The notes: generated by a model from the letters alone, not told the origin. 64,000 nucleotides of DNA from an uncultured virus (IMG/VR IMGVR_UViG_3300042556_002263) (IMGVR_UViG_3300042556_002263); one strand, 5' to 3'. Numbered from the stretch's first letter, positions 1 through 9,472 are shown. Numbers and translations are program-made.

Positions 1-91
1 TAAGTAGTCATAAGTTCAGTATGGCTTGTAAGGAAGACGACCACAACCCCCTGACCGAGAGCAACCCACCGGTCAGAGGGAGTGGCGACCT

Positions 92-1603
92 TTAGCGTAC
101 TCGGTCTCCCCACGCCTCACGGAGCATCGCAGGGAGTGAACGCTCAACCGTTGCGCCTGCCTTCAGTTTCTCCAGCGTCTCAACAGCCTTGTTAGCGTCC
201 TCAACAACGATGACCTTCTTCTCCATGCAGTATGCAGTGCATTGGTTCGCAAGCAGTTCAGAGAATCCTTGGTTCGGTCCACACACGCCCCCGTCCGTCA
301 CCCAAATGACTGGAGCAGACGAGTGTTGGCGATGCTTCACGCCCCACTCAAGCGCAGGGAAGTCCACACCGTTGCCTGAACCCATGTCGGGGAAGTCGTG
401 GTCAGACACCATGCGACCCTTGTCGGCAAGCACCCATGCGTTCGGTGCGCCGTTGCAACCGTCCACATCGGAGTATGCGATGACGGTACACCCTGGACTT
501 GCATCAAGCATTTTGCGAACATCGTTGCGAGTGAGTGTCATAGAGCCTGAAGCGTCAATGACGACCACGCCACCCATGCCACGCCTCTTGTTGTCAAAGA
601 TGCGCTTCTGAGGGTCGCTCATGTATCGGTGCAGTCGGCGTGGAGAGCGACCAGTATTGGATGCACTGCGCTTCTTGCCGAGGTTGCCCTGAGTCAGAAC
701 CGTGAGTGGCAGACGAGAGACGACCAGTTCACCCCAATAGGGTGCGCTCGCCCTGCCCATTCCGTCAGGAGACACCTTGGTAATCTTGTTCAGGTATTCC
801 TTCTCGGAAAGTGGCTTGGGTGCGTTCTCGCCCCTGTTGTCGTGGGCGACAGTAATGGTGTCCTCGTCCTCAACAGCAACGGCACTGCCCTTCTTGCTGT
901 CCTTGCTGTCCTTGCTGTCCTCTTCCTGAACATTCTCGGGTGGCATACCAGCGAGCCTGTCCACCCATTCAGCCAGTTTCTCGGTGAAGCCGAAGCCGAC
1001 TGGAGCGAGACCACTCCTTCTGTCTGTTCCCGTGGAAGCGAGAAAGCCCGTTCGGTGAGCCTTCTCCATTTCCTTCACTGCTCGCTTGGAGATAGAGAGC
1101 AGAGCCTTGCCCCACATTCTGTTGTGTCGGCGCACACCGTTCAGGAACGGCTTGTTGGATGCAGTGCCAGCAGTGGCGACAGCCATGTGAACAGCACCCT
1201 TCCAGTCATTCGTGCAGGCATAGCGTTCACCGTCAGCAGTCTCAGTTCCGTCAGTGAGGTGAGTCTCCACATCAAAGCCAGCCTTCTGACAGAGAAAGTT
1301 CACTCGCAGTTCCTCGCACACGACCATAGCCTTGACGCTTGCGACCTTGCGAGCCTGCCACTGCTCCCACTCTCCAGCAGGAGAGACCTTGGCATGCATC
1401 ATTTCGTGCGCTCGGATAGCCCTTGCCTGAGGAGTGTCTGCCTTGGGTGCGAGCATCGTGCGCTCGGTGATAGAGGTTGCAGGGATGCCACGCCTTGCCT
1501 CGCAGTCGTGAACATCCCACGCACCGTTCTCGGTGTCCTCTCGGTGAATCCACTCAGGCTCAGCAGTGTGGAGACCAATGTCCTCGGTGTCGTAGATGCT
1601 CAT
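92..1603 (-). CDS. vWA-domain protein with N-terminal HExxH motif (MoxR/CobT-like partner)
   Basis: MIDAS motif IDASGSM and VTDG; AHEMMH; coupled to upstream AAA gene. Confidence 0.8.
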   Translation of the reverse strand: MSIYDTEDIGLHTAEPEWIHREDTENGAWDVHDCEARRGIPATSITERTMLAPKADTPQARAIRAHEMMHAKVSPAGEWEQWQARKVASVKAMVVCEELRVNFLCQKAGFDVETHLTDGTETADGERYACTNDWKGAVHMAVATAGTASNKPFLNGVRRHNRMWGKALLSISKRAVKEMEKAHRTGFLASTGTDRRSGLAPVGFGFTEKLAEWVDRLAGMPPENVQEEDSKDSKDSKKGSAVAVEDEDTITVAHDNRGENAPKPLSEKEYLNKITKVSPDGMGRASAPYWGELVVSRLPLTVLTQGNLGKKRSASNTGRSPRRLHRYMSDPQKRIFDNKRRGMGGVVVIDASGSMTLTRNDVRKMLDASPGCTVIAYSDVDGCNGAPNAWVLADKGRMVSDHDFPDMGSGNGVDFPALEWGVKHRQHSSAPVIWVTDGGVCGPNQGFSELLANQCTAYCMEKKVIVVEDANKAVETLEKLKAGATVERSLPAMLREAWGDRVR

Positions 1604-2355
1604 CAGCGAACACCGTCCACTCGGATAGCGTCCAGCACATCCTGAGAGCGTGAGCCGAAGATGACACGGCTTGCGTTCTCGTCACCCAACTGCTTACGCA
1701 ACTTGTCGTATGCCATGAAGGTTCGGAGCGAGATGCGCCTCTTGCCTGCGTCACACATACGCACTGCGTACTTGCGAAGGTCGGGAGACAACTTGGCGAG
1801 AGCAGTCGGATGAGGCTCGTTGATTCGGATGCGAACGGGGAAACGGTCAGCCAATGCAGTCGGCAGTTCTTCCATGTTCTCAATGTTCGTGGTCATCACG
1901 GCAGAGAACCCGTCCTTGGGTCGGTGGATGCGACCAGTCTCGGGATGCTCCCACGATGCAGACTCAGGTGAGTCAAGCATGGCGAGCAGGAGTGCGAACA
2001 CATCGCCCGATGCCTTGTCCACCTCATCCACGATGAGGCGACCACCACGGATGCCGTTGCCTTCCCATGCCTTGAGAGCCGACCCTGCGACCCATGAGAA
2101 CTTGCCGTTCCCGTCAGGCATGAACGCTCCAGTCACATCCATGCTCGTCATGTCCTCGGTGCAGACCAGTCGGTGTGCGCCTGCCTCGGTGTCTCCGAAG
2201 TGGAGACCTGCGTATGTCTTGCCCGTTCCAGCAGGACCGAAGAGGATGACTCGGTCAATGCCAGCGTTCAGGCAGTCCTGAACATCCTGCCAGCACTGAG
2301 GAAGGGGGGAAGGTGTCGGGCTTGCGCCCATGTCGGAGTTGGTAATGTTGCTCAT
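1603..2355 (-). CDS. MoxR/CobS-like AAA+ ATPase
   Basis: Walker A GPAGTGKT, Walker B LIVDEVD, sensor TTN, ALADRF; start moved to leaderless ATG 37 nt from promoter at 2392. Confidence 0.85.
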   Translation of the reverse strand: MSNITNSDMGASPTPSPLPQCWQDVQDCLNAGIDRVILFGPAGTGKTYAGLHFGDTEAGAHRLVCTEDMTSMDVTGAFMPDGNGKFSWVAGSALKAWEGNGIRGGRLIVDEVDKASGDVFALLLAMLDSPESASWEHPETGRIHRPKDGFSAVMTTNIENMEELPTALADRFPVRIRINEPHPTALAKLSPDLRKYAVRMCDAGKRRISLRTFMAYDKLRKQLGDENASRVIFGSRSQDVLDAIRVDGVR

Positions 2356-2398
2356 GTCATCAGTGTGGCTTGTAAGACTTGAGACCACAACCTGTCCG

Positions 2399-2767
2399 TC
2401 AAGATTTTTCTGACTTTCTGTCGGCATCGGCATCACGCACTTCCCATAGACCCTTCTTGACCTTACGGAAAGTCGGTGACTCTTGCAGGAACTTCAGGGT
2501 GGTGGGATAGGAGAAGCCTGATACCTCTACTATCTGCTCAGTAGTGAACTGCTCAAAGAGGTGGTCTTTCGCCCATTCCAATAGAGCGTCATACTTGTCG
2601 GCTCGCTTGGTGAGAGCAGAGGTGTTGGACTCCATAAGAAAGGCGAGAGTCTCGGGGGGAACAAGGCGCACAATACGCATAGGGACGCGACCCAACCATG
2701 CGGGGCGTCCGAACTCTTCTATTGCTTCGGCGACCATTTGTATCGCCTGCTCAACCGTCACTTCCAC
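2399..2767 (-). CDS. hypothetical protein, possible C-terminal winged HTH
   Basis: FTTEQIVEVSGFSYPTTLKFL...KKGLWEV; GTG start overlapping upstream gene. Confidence 0.5.
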   Translation of the reverse strand: MEVTVEQAIQMVAEAIEEFGRPAWLGRVPMRIVRLVPPETLAFLMESNTSALTKRADKYDALLEWAKDHLFEQFTTEQIVEVSGFSYPTTLKFLQESPTFRKVKKGLWEVRDADADRKSEKS

Positions 2768-2928
2768 GGGCGTTCCTCCATGCACGACACACACGCCCAA
2801 GAGCCTGGCTCAAAGTCGTATGGCTGTCGCCAAGTGTAGGTCGCCTCAGGGTCGTCCTGACCACACCATGTGCATTCCTTATCCACATCGGGGTCATCGT
2901 TCGTCTCTAGGTGTTGGTAGTTGCTCAT
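2758..2928 (-). CDS. small acidic CxxC protein
   Basis: leaderless ATG after promoter 2965; CTWC and CVSC. Confidence 0.65.
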   Translation of the reverse strand: MSNYQHLETNDDPDVDKECTWCGQDDPEATYTWRQPYDFEPGSWACVSCMEERPWK

Positions 2929-3092
2929 GCCTCCAGTGTGGCATTTATGAGTGGTAGTCACAACCTCATTCTAGAAAGATTTATCCGACTTCAGGGGGTG
3001 TGTCATAGTTTCGCCGGAGCCCCGTGTGTTATTCTGTATTTTCACAAAAGTTATTTGGACTTGTTCCAGATTCGCTAGGAAGGTTATTCCAT

Positions 3093-3320
3093 ATGAGAAA
3101 GAAGAACTATCGCAATCGCGGGGCTGAGCCAAAGCAGTATGTAGAGCCCGAAGTTGTAGAGGTTGAGGTCGTCGAGGACGTCCCAGTCGCAGAGAAAAAA
3201 TCCAAAAAATCTGCGAAGGCTGCCGCAGCAGCAGAGACCACAGAACCAGAAGTTGTACAAGAAGTTGTACAAGTTGAGGAACCATCAGAGTCAGAGGCTT
3301 CAGGCGACTCTGCTGAGTAA
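3093..3320 (+). CDS. low-complexity Glu/Lys/Ala-rich protein
   Basis: SD aggaagg, extended -10 TGtTATTCT near 3027; opposite orientation to neighbours. Confidence 0.55.
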   Translation: MRKKNYRNRGAEPKQYVEPEVVEVEVVEDVPVAEKKSKKSAKAAAAAETTEPEVVQEVVQVEEPSESEASGDSAE

Positions 3321-3374
3321 GTCAAAAATCTGACTTTCTTTAGGGGTGTGTCAGGGTTTCCGCCACCGTAAGGC

Positions 3375-3800
3375 TTAGAAAGGCTCAGGATTTTCGGCAC
3401 GCCATCTGAGGGCGTCCACCACATTTTCCCGAAATCCTTCCCATGCTTGGTCACCTTCGAGGATGTACTGGGCGAGCCACACAAGGTCTGCATCCGTGGC
3501 ATCGTTGATAGCCCACTCCAGCCAGCCCCGTGTTTCATCAGTGGCATCTTCAAGCATGACCTTGGCTTCGTTTCTCAAAGCAGTTGGTCCATAGGAGACC
3601 GAGGTAAGCCTTCCGTACACAATCCACTCCAGTGAGTCCTGTATTGAAATGCCCGACTGGCGTCCGACCTCTGCAATCTCTGAGTCAGACCCGTTGTCAA
3701 GGGCATGCTCTTCAGACTCAGTCAGTGAATCCTCAAAGACGATGTAGCAGTTGGAGAGGTCCAGGATAGTCCCGCTTGTTGCATCCACGATGATGGTCAT
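3375..3800 (-). CDS. acidic hypothetical protein
   Basis: 141-aa ORF, ATGA overlap with upstream gene. Confidence 0.65.
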   Translation of the reverse strand: MTIIVDATSGTILDLSNCYIVFEDSLTESEEHALDNGSDSEIAEVGRQSGISIQDSLEWIVYGRLTSVSYGPTALRNEAKVMLEDATDETRGWLEWAINDATDADLVWLAQYILEGDQAWEGFRENVVDALRWRAENPEPF

Positions 3801-3979
3801 GAGTGCGCCTTTCCATACTCACCGAGGTCTCCAGTTCGGTAGGTCGGCGAGAAGACGGGTCCGTAGCCGTGCTCGTCAAGCAGGTTGCTGACCATCTCTA
3901 GGCACTCGCCGTCTGTTGCGAGTTCTCCGTCGATACGCAGGATACGGATGATTTCCTGAATGATTTCTTCGGGTGTCAC
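3797..3979 (-). CDS. hypothetical protein
   Basis: GTGA-coupled to 3976..4158. Confidence 0.55.
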   Translation of the reverse strand: MTPEEIIQEIIRILRIDGELATDGECLEMVSNLLDEHGYGPVFSPTYRTGDLGEYGKAHS

Positions 3980-4158
3980 GAGATTTCCTCCACATCCCAT
4001 GGATGGGTATCCCAATCTGCCTGACCGTCAAGGTCAAGTTCTTTGAGTTGAGCGTCGTCGTAGGAGTGGTAGATATCCACAGCCTGCTCCTTCGTCTCAG
4101 CCTCAATCTCGTAATCGTGGTTGATGGATTCGGTGACCCGAACTAGAAACTTCTTCAT
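3976..4158 (-). CDS. small acidic hypothetical protein
   Basis: leaderless ATG after promoter 4195. Confidence 0.7.
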   Translation of the reverse strand: MKKFLVRVTESINHDYEIEAETKEQAVDIYHSYDDAQLKELDLDGQADWDTHPWDVEEIS

Positions 4159-4182
4159 ACCCTCAGTATGGCTTGTAAGACC

Positions 4183-4428
4183 TCAGAACACAACCTCTGC
4201 TGGGTCATCTACCAAGCGAATGTTTGTGCGCTGAACCCAACGGGAGCCAGTCCCGGCGAGAGGGGTAACGAGTAGGTCTAGATGTCCGTAGCGATACCGA
4301 GCAGAGGTGATGACCACGGGAAAGTCCAAGCCGTTTTCGGTGATGAAACCTCGGCAGTTCTTGTAAGCCTCGTAGTTCACTTTGCCTGAGTTGTCACGGG
4401 CAACGGGATAGTTATGTGCTGTTTTCAT
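4183..4428 (-). CDS. hypothetical protein
   Basis: leaderless ATG after promoter 4465. Confidence 0.7.
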   Translation of the reverse strand: MKTAHNYPVARDNSGKVNYEAYKNCRGFITENGLDFPVVITSARYRYGHLDLLVTPLAGTGSRWVQRTNIRLVDDPAEVVF

Positions 4429-4525
4429 GAGACCAGTTTGGCGTCTATCAGGGATAACAACAACCTCGACACACCCTTTTATTGAGTGACGACGGACACG
4501 GGTCGAAACCCGGGGCTGCGCCCTT

Positions 4526-4600
4526 GGGTGGGTCGGGGAGAAAGAAAGGAGAAACCCCGACCCACCCTTGGGGTCACCCGAGTTGGTTTCAGGTGACCCC
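4526..4600 (-). terminator. tandem GC-rich hairpins downstream of 4615..5034
   Basis: gggtgggtcgggg/ccccgacccaccc and ggggtcacc/ggtgacccc. Confidence 0.55.
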
Positions 4601-4614
4601 TCGCTGGGGGGCGA

Positions 4615-5034
4615 TTACTTGATGAGTCTTGCGACACCCTTGTAGGTGCTGGTGCTGACGAACTCCTCGTCAGACATGGTGAGGATTGCGATTGCGTTCT
4701 CCAACTCCTCAATCTCCTGCTTGACCTGCCACACGGGGGGAAGGTTGTTGTCCTCCTTGGGGAAGGCGAGATTGGCTGGCAGGGTCACCATGACCTGTGC
4801 CTCGTCTGTCTCGGAACGCCAATTTCGGTTGTTGGACACGGAGGTCACCTTTGCCTTGCCCGACTTGATGAGGTCAAGGATTTTGGCTTCCCACTCCTTG
4901 ACCGACTTCTTGTGGTCGGCTTCTGCCTTGTCGTGTGCCACCAACTGCTTCTGCCGTGAGGCGAGTGCTTCGGTGAGTGCGGTCATAAGTTTTACCGTCT
5001 TGACCTTGACGCTGATTGGCTTGTTGTTGCTCAT
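4615..5034 (-). CDS. hypothetical coiled-coil protein
   Basis: leaderless ATG after promoter 5071. Confidence 0.75.
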   Translation of the reverse strand: MSNNKPISVKVKTVKLMTALTEALASRQKQLVAHDKAEADHKKSVKEWEAKILDLIKSGKAKVTSVSNNRNWRSETDEAQVMVTLPANLAFPKEDNNLPPVWQVKQEIEELENAIAILTMSDEEFVSTSTYKGVARLIK

Positions 5035-5147
5035 GTCTCCATTGTGGCTTGTAAGGGAGTGGGCAACAACTCTTTCCCACAGATTTATCTAGAAAGTTTC
5101 TTGGCTCATAGGTTGTGAGGCATAACGCTAAACGCCATACTGATTAC

Positions 5148-5441
5148 ATGAGCAACACAATCACCAAGCGAGACACGGACTGCCTCGCTTACAGCAACAA
5201 CGAACACGCCTTCTTCATCATTGAGGGTGCGTACCTCGCTTCCAGTCCGAAGAACAGTTCTGCCGTTCAGTTCTGGTCATACGACATTGCCAACGGCACT
5301 CTCACCGTTCAGTACAAGTCGTCACCGACTTTCTACCGATACGAGAGCGTTCCGTTTCAGGTCATCTTTGACCTCATGCTGGCAGACAGCCTCGGTCAGT
5401 TCATCGCAAAGGTGGTGAAGCCGAACTATTCGGTGGCGTGA
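5148..5441 (+). CDS. KTSC-domain protein
   Basis: SSAVQFWSYD...LTVQYK...YRYESVP...LMLADSLGQFIAKVVKPNY; leaderless start. Confidence 0.75.
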   Translation: MSNTITKRDTDCLAYSNNEHAFFIIEGAYLASSPKNSSAVQFWSYDIANGTLTVQYKSSPTFYRYESVPFQVIFDLMLADSLGQFIAKVVKPNYSVA

Positions 5442-5478
5442 GGTTGTCGTTCCGACACTTACAAGCCATAATGAAGGC

Positions 5479-5913
5479 ATGAGCATGATTACCCAAGAGC
5501 AACTAATCGGGTGGGCGAGAGAGATAGACGCTCAACTCCCCATTCCAACCGAACCCGAGGACACCACGACACCGTTGGATTTCGGCAGGACAGGCATTGT
5601 CGTTATGTCCGACAACGCCCCACTCCTTATCGCAGTAGGCGATGACCCGTTCGCACTCTTGGAGAGCGATGAGGTGCGTGTGTTCGCCCGTGGATACGGT
5701 GCGTTCTTCATGGTCACTTACGGTGGCGTAATCCAACAGGACATGGAGACAGGAGATACGGAGGCGCACATCGCTCGCTGTATCATGGGCATGACCTACA
5801 ACGGAGTGAACACGGCTCTCATGCGCTTCTTGGACAACGACCACATTGAGGTGGACATGGAAGGCACGGGCGCAGGCTCGGCACACGAAGCCATGTTGGA
5901 GGTGTTCGCATGA
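5479..5913 (+). CDS. hypothetical protein (distant paralog of 8847..9251)
   Basis: leaderless start after promoter 5442. Confidence 0.7.
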   Translation: MSMITQEQLIGWAREIDAQLPIPTEPEDTTTPLDFGRTGIVVMSDNAPLLIAVGDDPFALLESDEVRVFARGYGAFFMVTYGGVIQQDMETGDTEAHIARCIMGMTYNGVNTALMRFLDNDHIEVDMEGTGAGSAHEAMLEVFA

Positions 5914-6482
5914 ACCCGTCAGAACTTCTCGCCCGTATCGCAGAAACAGCGAAAGAGACGAAGTTGGAACTGTGCCAAGAGCACGGGGGCCCCGCCGATG
6001 GTATGCCCATCTTGCTTGGTCTTGACCCCGTGGGAACACCGTTCATGCTTCCCGATGTGCTGGAAGGACACCCGACAGACAACTTGGCTGTCATTCTGAA
6101 CCTGCTTGCTCAGAAACTCAACGAGAAGAATGAGACGATGAAGTGGGAGTGGCTCGCCTACATTGTTGAGGGTTATCTAAACGACTCTCCGACTGTGGAA
6201 GAACTAGATGCCCATGAACGGGGAGACTACGAACGGGACTACAAGAACAACCCTGCTTCCACGGTCAAGGAAGGACTCATCATCACATTGTTCACATGGG
6301 AGGGCGAGTCAGCCTGTGCGACCATCGTGTACCACTACGGTGACGATGGTATGCCCGTGTGGGAGAACACGCTGGAACCCGATGAGGAACCACAAGGCTT
6401 GGTTCCCGACATCTTCCGTGATTTCCGTACCTTCTGTCATTACGAGGGCGACATGAACGCTGTCCTCGCAAGCCGAGAATAG
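5910..6482 (+). CDS. acidic hypothetical protein
   Basis: ATGA overlap; EGY...V.E motif resembles 48715..49344. Confidence 0.7.
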   Translation: MNPSELLARIAETAKETKLELCQEHGGPADGMPILLGLDPVGTPFMLPDVLEGHPTDNLAVILNLLAQKLNEKNETMKWEWLAYIVEGYLNDSPTVEELDAHERGDYERDYKNNPASTVKEGLIITLFTWEGESACATIVYHYGDDGMPVWENTLEPDEEPQGLVPDIFRDFRTFCHYEGDMNAVLASRE

Positions 6483-6494
6483 GTTTCCACCACC

Positions 6495-6647
6495 GTGAAG
6501 TCTAAAGAAAGAGCGATAAGGCACGTTTTCTACGGCTTAGTGCTGTCGTATGCCGTTCTCTTTCCGAACCTCCACCCGGGGCTCACGCTCCTGTGCGTGG
6601 CAGGGTCGGTGTACGCCTACACGGTTGCGTTCCGAAACCTACAATAA
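6495..6647 (+). CDS. possible 50-aa membrane protein
   Basis: GTG..TAA ORF with two hydrophobic stretches; below ORF-track cutoff; no clear SD. Confidence 0.35.
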   Translation: MKSKERAIRHVFYGLVLSYAVLFPNLHPGLTLLCVAGSVYAYTVAFRNLQ

Positions 6648-6697
6648 ATCTTTCCCGACAGGTTGTTGCCTCGCCCCTTAGAAGCCATAATGAAGTT

Positions 6698-6947
6698 GTG
6701 AGGGCAACACCCTCCGAAATACATAGCAACCACTTCGGTTGTATCTATCGTTTGGCAACGCTAAGGCTCTTCGGATTGATAAGGCTCTTCTGCGAAACTT
6801 TGTTCTCCTAGGGAACATCGTCACTCCAGCAACCCGTCCTCTTCTCCGCAATCCGTCCGCCTCTCGCCAGTAGATACAGCCAGCCGACGGGCAAGAGGTG
6901 GGAGGGTCGCTCCCTCGGCTGTGTGTTTCGTAGGGTGTTGCGCTCAC
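6698..6947 (+). ncRNA. structured ~250-nt RNA (sRNA or 5' leader)
   Basis: Begins exactly at +37 of promoter 6661; first ~30 nt pair with last ~30 nt; several internal stems. Confidence 0.7.
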
Positions 6948-6961
6948 AGGAAGGAAACGAA

Positions 6962-7189
6962 ATGGATACTCTGTACGACATTGAGTGTAAGCAGAAGTAC
7001 GAAGAGATGTTGGCATCGGAGCCCCGAGAACCTGGCTATTCGCCGTCTCAACTGTTCTCTGTCATGGTCGTCATGCGCTGTAGTCGTGAGAAGGCTAAGT
7101 CCCTCATTGACAAGTACGCAAGTGAACTTGACTGGTCAGAATGTACTTGGTGCGAAATGCGGGACTACTTCATTCTCTGTACCTCATAA
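6962..7189 (+). CDS. hypothetical protein
   Basis: SD aggaagga directly after structured RNA. Confidence 0.65.
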   Translation: MDTLYDIECKQKYEEMLASEPREPGYSPSQLFSVMVVMRCSREKAKSLIDKYASELDWSECTWCEMRDYFILCTS

Positions 7190-7246
7190 GCAAACTTTCT
7201 TGTTGCCGAGGTTGTGGTCTCACTCACTACAAGCCATAATGAAAAC

Positions 7247-7579
7247 ATGATGACGCAGATAGAAGCAGTAGAACAGAGCAACACCGACACACTCCCCGAA
7301 TACCGAGTGCTGTGTGACGGGTTGGAAATCCAAGACAAGAGCGCACAGATGACTGTGACCGTCAAGAAGTACCGAAAGATGTACGAGAGGGTCAAGGGCG
7401 ACACCTACGCCACATGGACAGTCATGGTGAACATCACAGATGACTGTGGCAAGCCGTTCCATTCGTGGGGCGTATTCATGCTCACGGCAAGGTCAAATGG
7501 GTGGAGCCTGTTCGGTGGGGACTACTTCCACACCGAGGAAGAGGCACTCACTCGCTATTACGAAAGGGGTGGTGAGTGA
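7247..7579 (+). CDS. hypothetical protein
   Basis: leaderless start after promoter 7210. Confidence 0.7.
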   Translation: MMTQIEAVEQSNTDTLPEYRVLCDGLEIQDKSAQMTVTVKKYRKMYERVKGDTYATWTVMVNITDDCGKPFHSWGVFMLTARSNGWSLFGGDYFHTEEEALTRYYERGGE

Positions 7580-7616
7580 GGTTGTTATTCCAACCCTTAC
7601 AAGCCATACTGAACAC

Positions 7617-8123
7617 ATGAACAAGATGAACAAGAAACTTCAAGAACTTCTAGACCTTGCCGTAATCAACGGCGTGACCGTGGACGAACTTCTCCGAGAG
7701 AAGGAACTGGGCGCAAAGGTGGACAAGCCGTTCACTCTCGCACTCAAGTTTGACCGACTCCAAGAGTTGGTGGACTTCGTGAACAAGAACATCGCAGGTT
7801 GCGTGTGGCGAGCAGACGGGCTTGACCCTGAGTTCGGGACTCGCGGAGGAGCGAACTGTTATGTCATTCGTGGCGAGACCTGTTCCAAAGCAGAGGAACT
7901 CCGAATCACCAATCCTGACGGTTCACTCGCTGTGGAAGGCAACAAGCCCGAACAGTTCCGTGAGTGTCCACGCTGTACGCACTTCATTCCCAATGACGAA
8001 ACGCCCGGGGCTTACCCCGGAGCCATCTCCCGAGTGGACAATGAGACAGAAATCTGTTCGTCGTGTGGCGTTGAGGAAGCACTTCTCCAGTATCAGGGAA
8101 TCTTGGAAGACTGGCGTAAGTAG
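7617..8123 (+). CDS. hypothetical protein with C-terminal CxxC...CxxC
   Basis: leaderless start; CPRC...YPGAISRVDNETEICSSCG. Confidence 0.7.
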   Translation: MNKMNKKLQELLDLAVINGVTVDELLREKELGAKVDKPFTLALKFDRLQELVDFVNKNIAGCVWRADGLDPEFGTRGGANCYVIRGETCSKAEELRITNPDGSLAVEGNKPEQFRECPRCTHFIPNDETPGAYPGAISRVDNETEICSSCGVEEALLQYQGILEDWRK

Positions 8124-8159
8124 GTTGTGACCTGTCGGCTTACAAGCCATAATGAAGGC

Positions 8160-8576
8160 ATGAGCAACACTTTCATCGCCTCAGGCGAAATCACCAACGA
8201 CTGCCAATGCCTTGTCTACAACGACGGCTCAGGCGACCAATCACTTGACCCCGACTACACCTGTTATGGGGACTGTTGGGAGTTTGCCGTTGAGGACTTC
8301 ACAATGCTGACAGAGGACTTCCGAAAGACCAACCTGTCGGGTTGGTGGAAGGTCACCGACTTGCGCCTGTGGAACGGCAACACCTCAGGTTACTTCCATG
8401 CCGACAATGTGGCAGGACTCATTGAGGGCATGACCGTCCGTTCAGGTTGGACAATGCGCTACGAAGTCTTTGCTGACCGCATTGAGTACTCGCTGTCTCA
8501 CCATGACGCACCCACGGGGAGCGCAACCACGCTGACCGTTGTCACCGAGGAAGAGGCTGAGAGGTTGGGGCTGTGA
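8160..8576 (+). CDS. hypothetical protein
   Basis: leaderless start after promoter 8123. Confidence 0.7.
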   Translation: MSNTFIASGEITNDCQCLVYNDGSGDQSLDPDYTCYGDCWEFAVEDFTMLTEDFRKTNLSGWWKVTDLRLWNGNTSGYFHADNVAGLIEGMTVRSGWTMRYEVFADRIEYSLSHHDAPTGSATTLTVVTEEEAERLGL

Positions 8577-8794
8577 ACGAAGAGTTCCGCACCGACTATG
8601 TCACCCGAGAGTTCGGAGGCTTGGTGGGCAAGACTGTCAAGGCAGTCCGCCCCCTCAGCCCCGCCGAGTGCGCTGAGTTCATGTGGCAGTACGACTCTCA
8701 AATGGCATGGCTCATTGAGTTCACGGACGGGACTCTCGCCGTGCCGTCGTGCGACCCCGAAGGCAACGGCAGGGGACACCTGATTATTCTCTGA
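8573..8794 (+). CDS. hypothetical protein
   Basis: GTGA overlap; DPEGNGRG motif. Confidence 0.65.
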   Translation: MNEEFRTDYVTREFGGLVGKTVKAVRPLSPAECAEFMWQYDSQMAWLIEFTDGTLAVPSCDPEGNGRGHLIIL

Positions 8795-8846
8795 TAAATC
8801 TGTGTGGCAGGTTGTCGTCTCTGCCCTTACACGCCATAATGATTAC

Positions 8847-9251
8847 ATGAACCACAAACACATCACCGAACAAATCATCACCGATACCCCAATGGAACTT
8901 CCACAGGCTGTCCTGTACGGAGTGAACCCACAGGGCGACACGGTGGAACTCGGTCGTTATCCCGACATTTACGACCTTCTCGCAAAGGACTACGACAACG
9001 AGAACCTTGTCGGTATCGCAATCCACACAACGGGTTGGGCGGCACCACTCAACGCAGACGGGGAAGTGGAAGGCGCACCTAGCGCACACCCCAATCGTGT
9101 CCGTGTTGCGCTTGTCGCCACAATCACCACTCACGGTTTCTGCTCGGCTATCGCCTTCGGTGACGGTCGTGAGACTGTCTTTGAGGAGAACGCCCCTTCG
9201 GGTGCGTTGTGGGAAGCCATGAACGACTGCTTGGAAAGGTTGGTGGGGTAA
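8847..9251 (+). CDS. hypothetical protein
   Basis: leaderless start after promoter 8810. Confidence 0.7.
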   Translation: MNHKHITEQIITDTPMELPQAVLYGVNPQGDTVELGRYPDIYDLLAKDYDNENLVGIAIHTTGWAAPLNADGEVEGAPSAHPNRVRVALVATITTHGFCSAIAFGDGRETVFEENAPSGALWEAMNDCLERLVG

Positions 9252-9290
9252 TCCCCCACTCGCCCAGCGCACTTCGGGGTAAGTCCCCCG

Positions 9291-9338
9291 TTGTGCGTGT
9301 CGGCAGTCCCGGCGTCCTGAGACACGCACAAGTTTTTT
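9291..9338 (+). terminator. intrinsic terminator
   Basis: ttgtgcgtgtc/gacacgcacaa followed by T-run. Confidence 0.6.
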
Positions 9339-9472
9339 GTCTCACAGGTTGTTACATAACTTCTTAGAAGCCACAATGTACGACCCTTTCCACAGATGTC
9401 TGTGGATAAGAAATCTCATTTTTTTTGCGAGGTGAGGTTGCCCCCTAAACGCTTACACGCCATAATGAAGGT

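Noticed and set aside
892..920. 9-bp tandem repeat cttgctgtc
   Set aside because: Encodes a low-complexity KDS linker in the vWA protein.
629..1645. 338-aa plus-strand ORF (and other long antisense ORFs such as 34428..35294, 37731..38885)
   Set aside because: Shadow frames of well-supported opposite-strand genes; no motifs or start signals.
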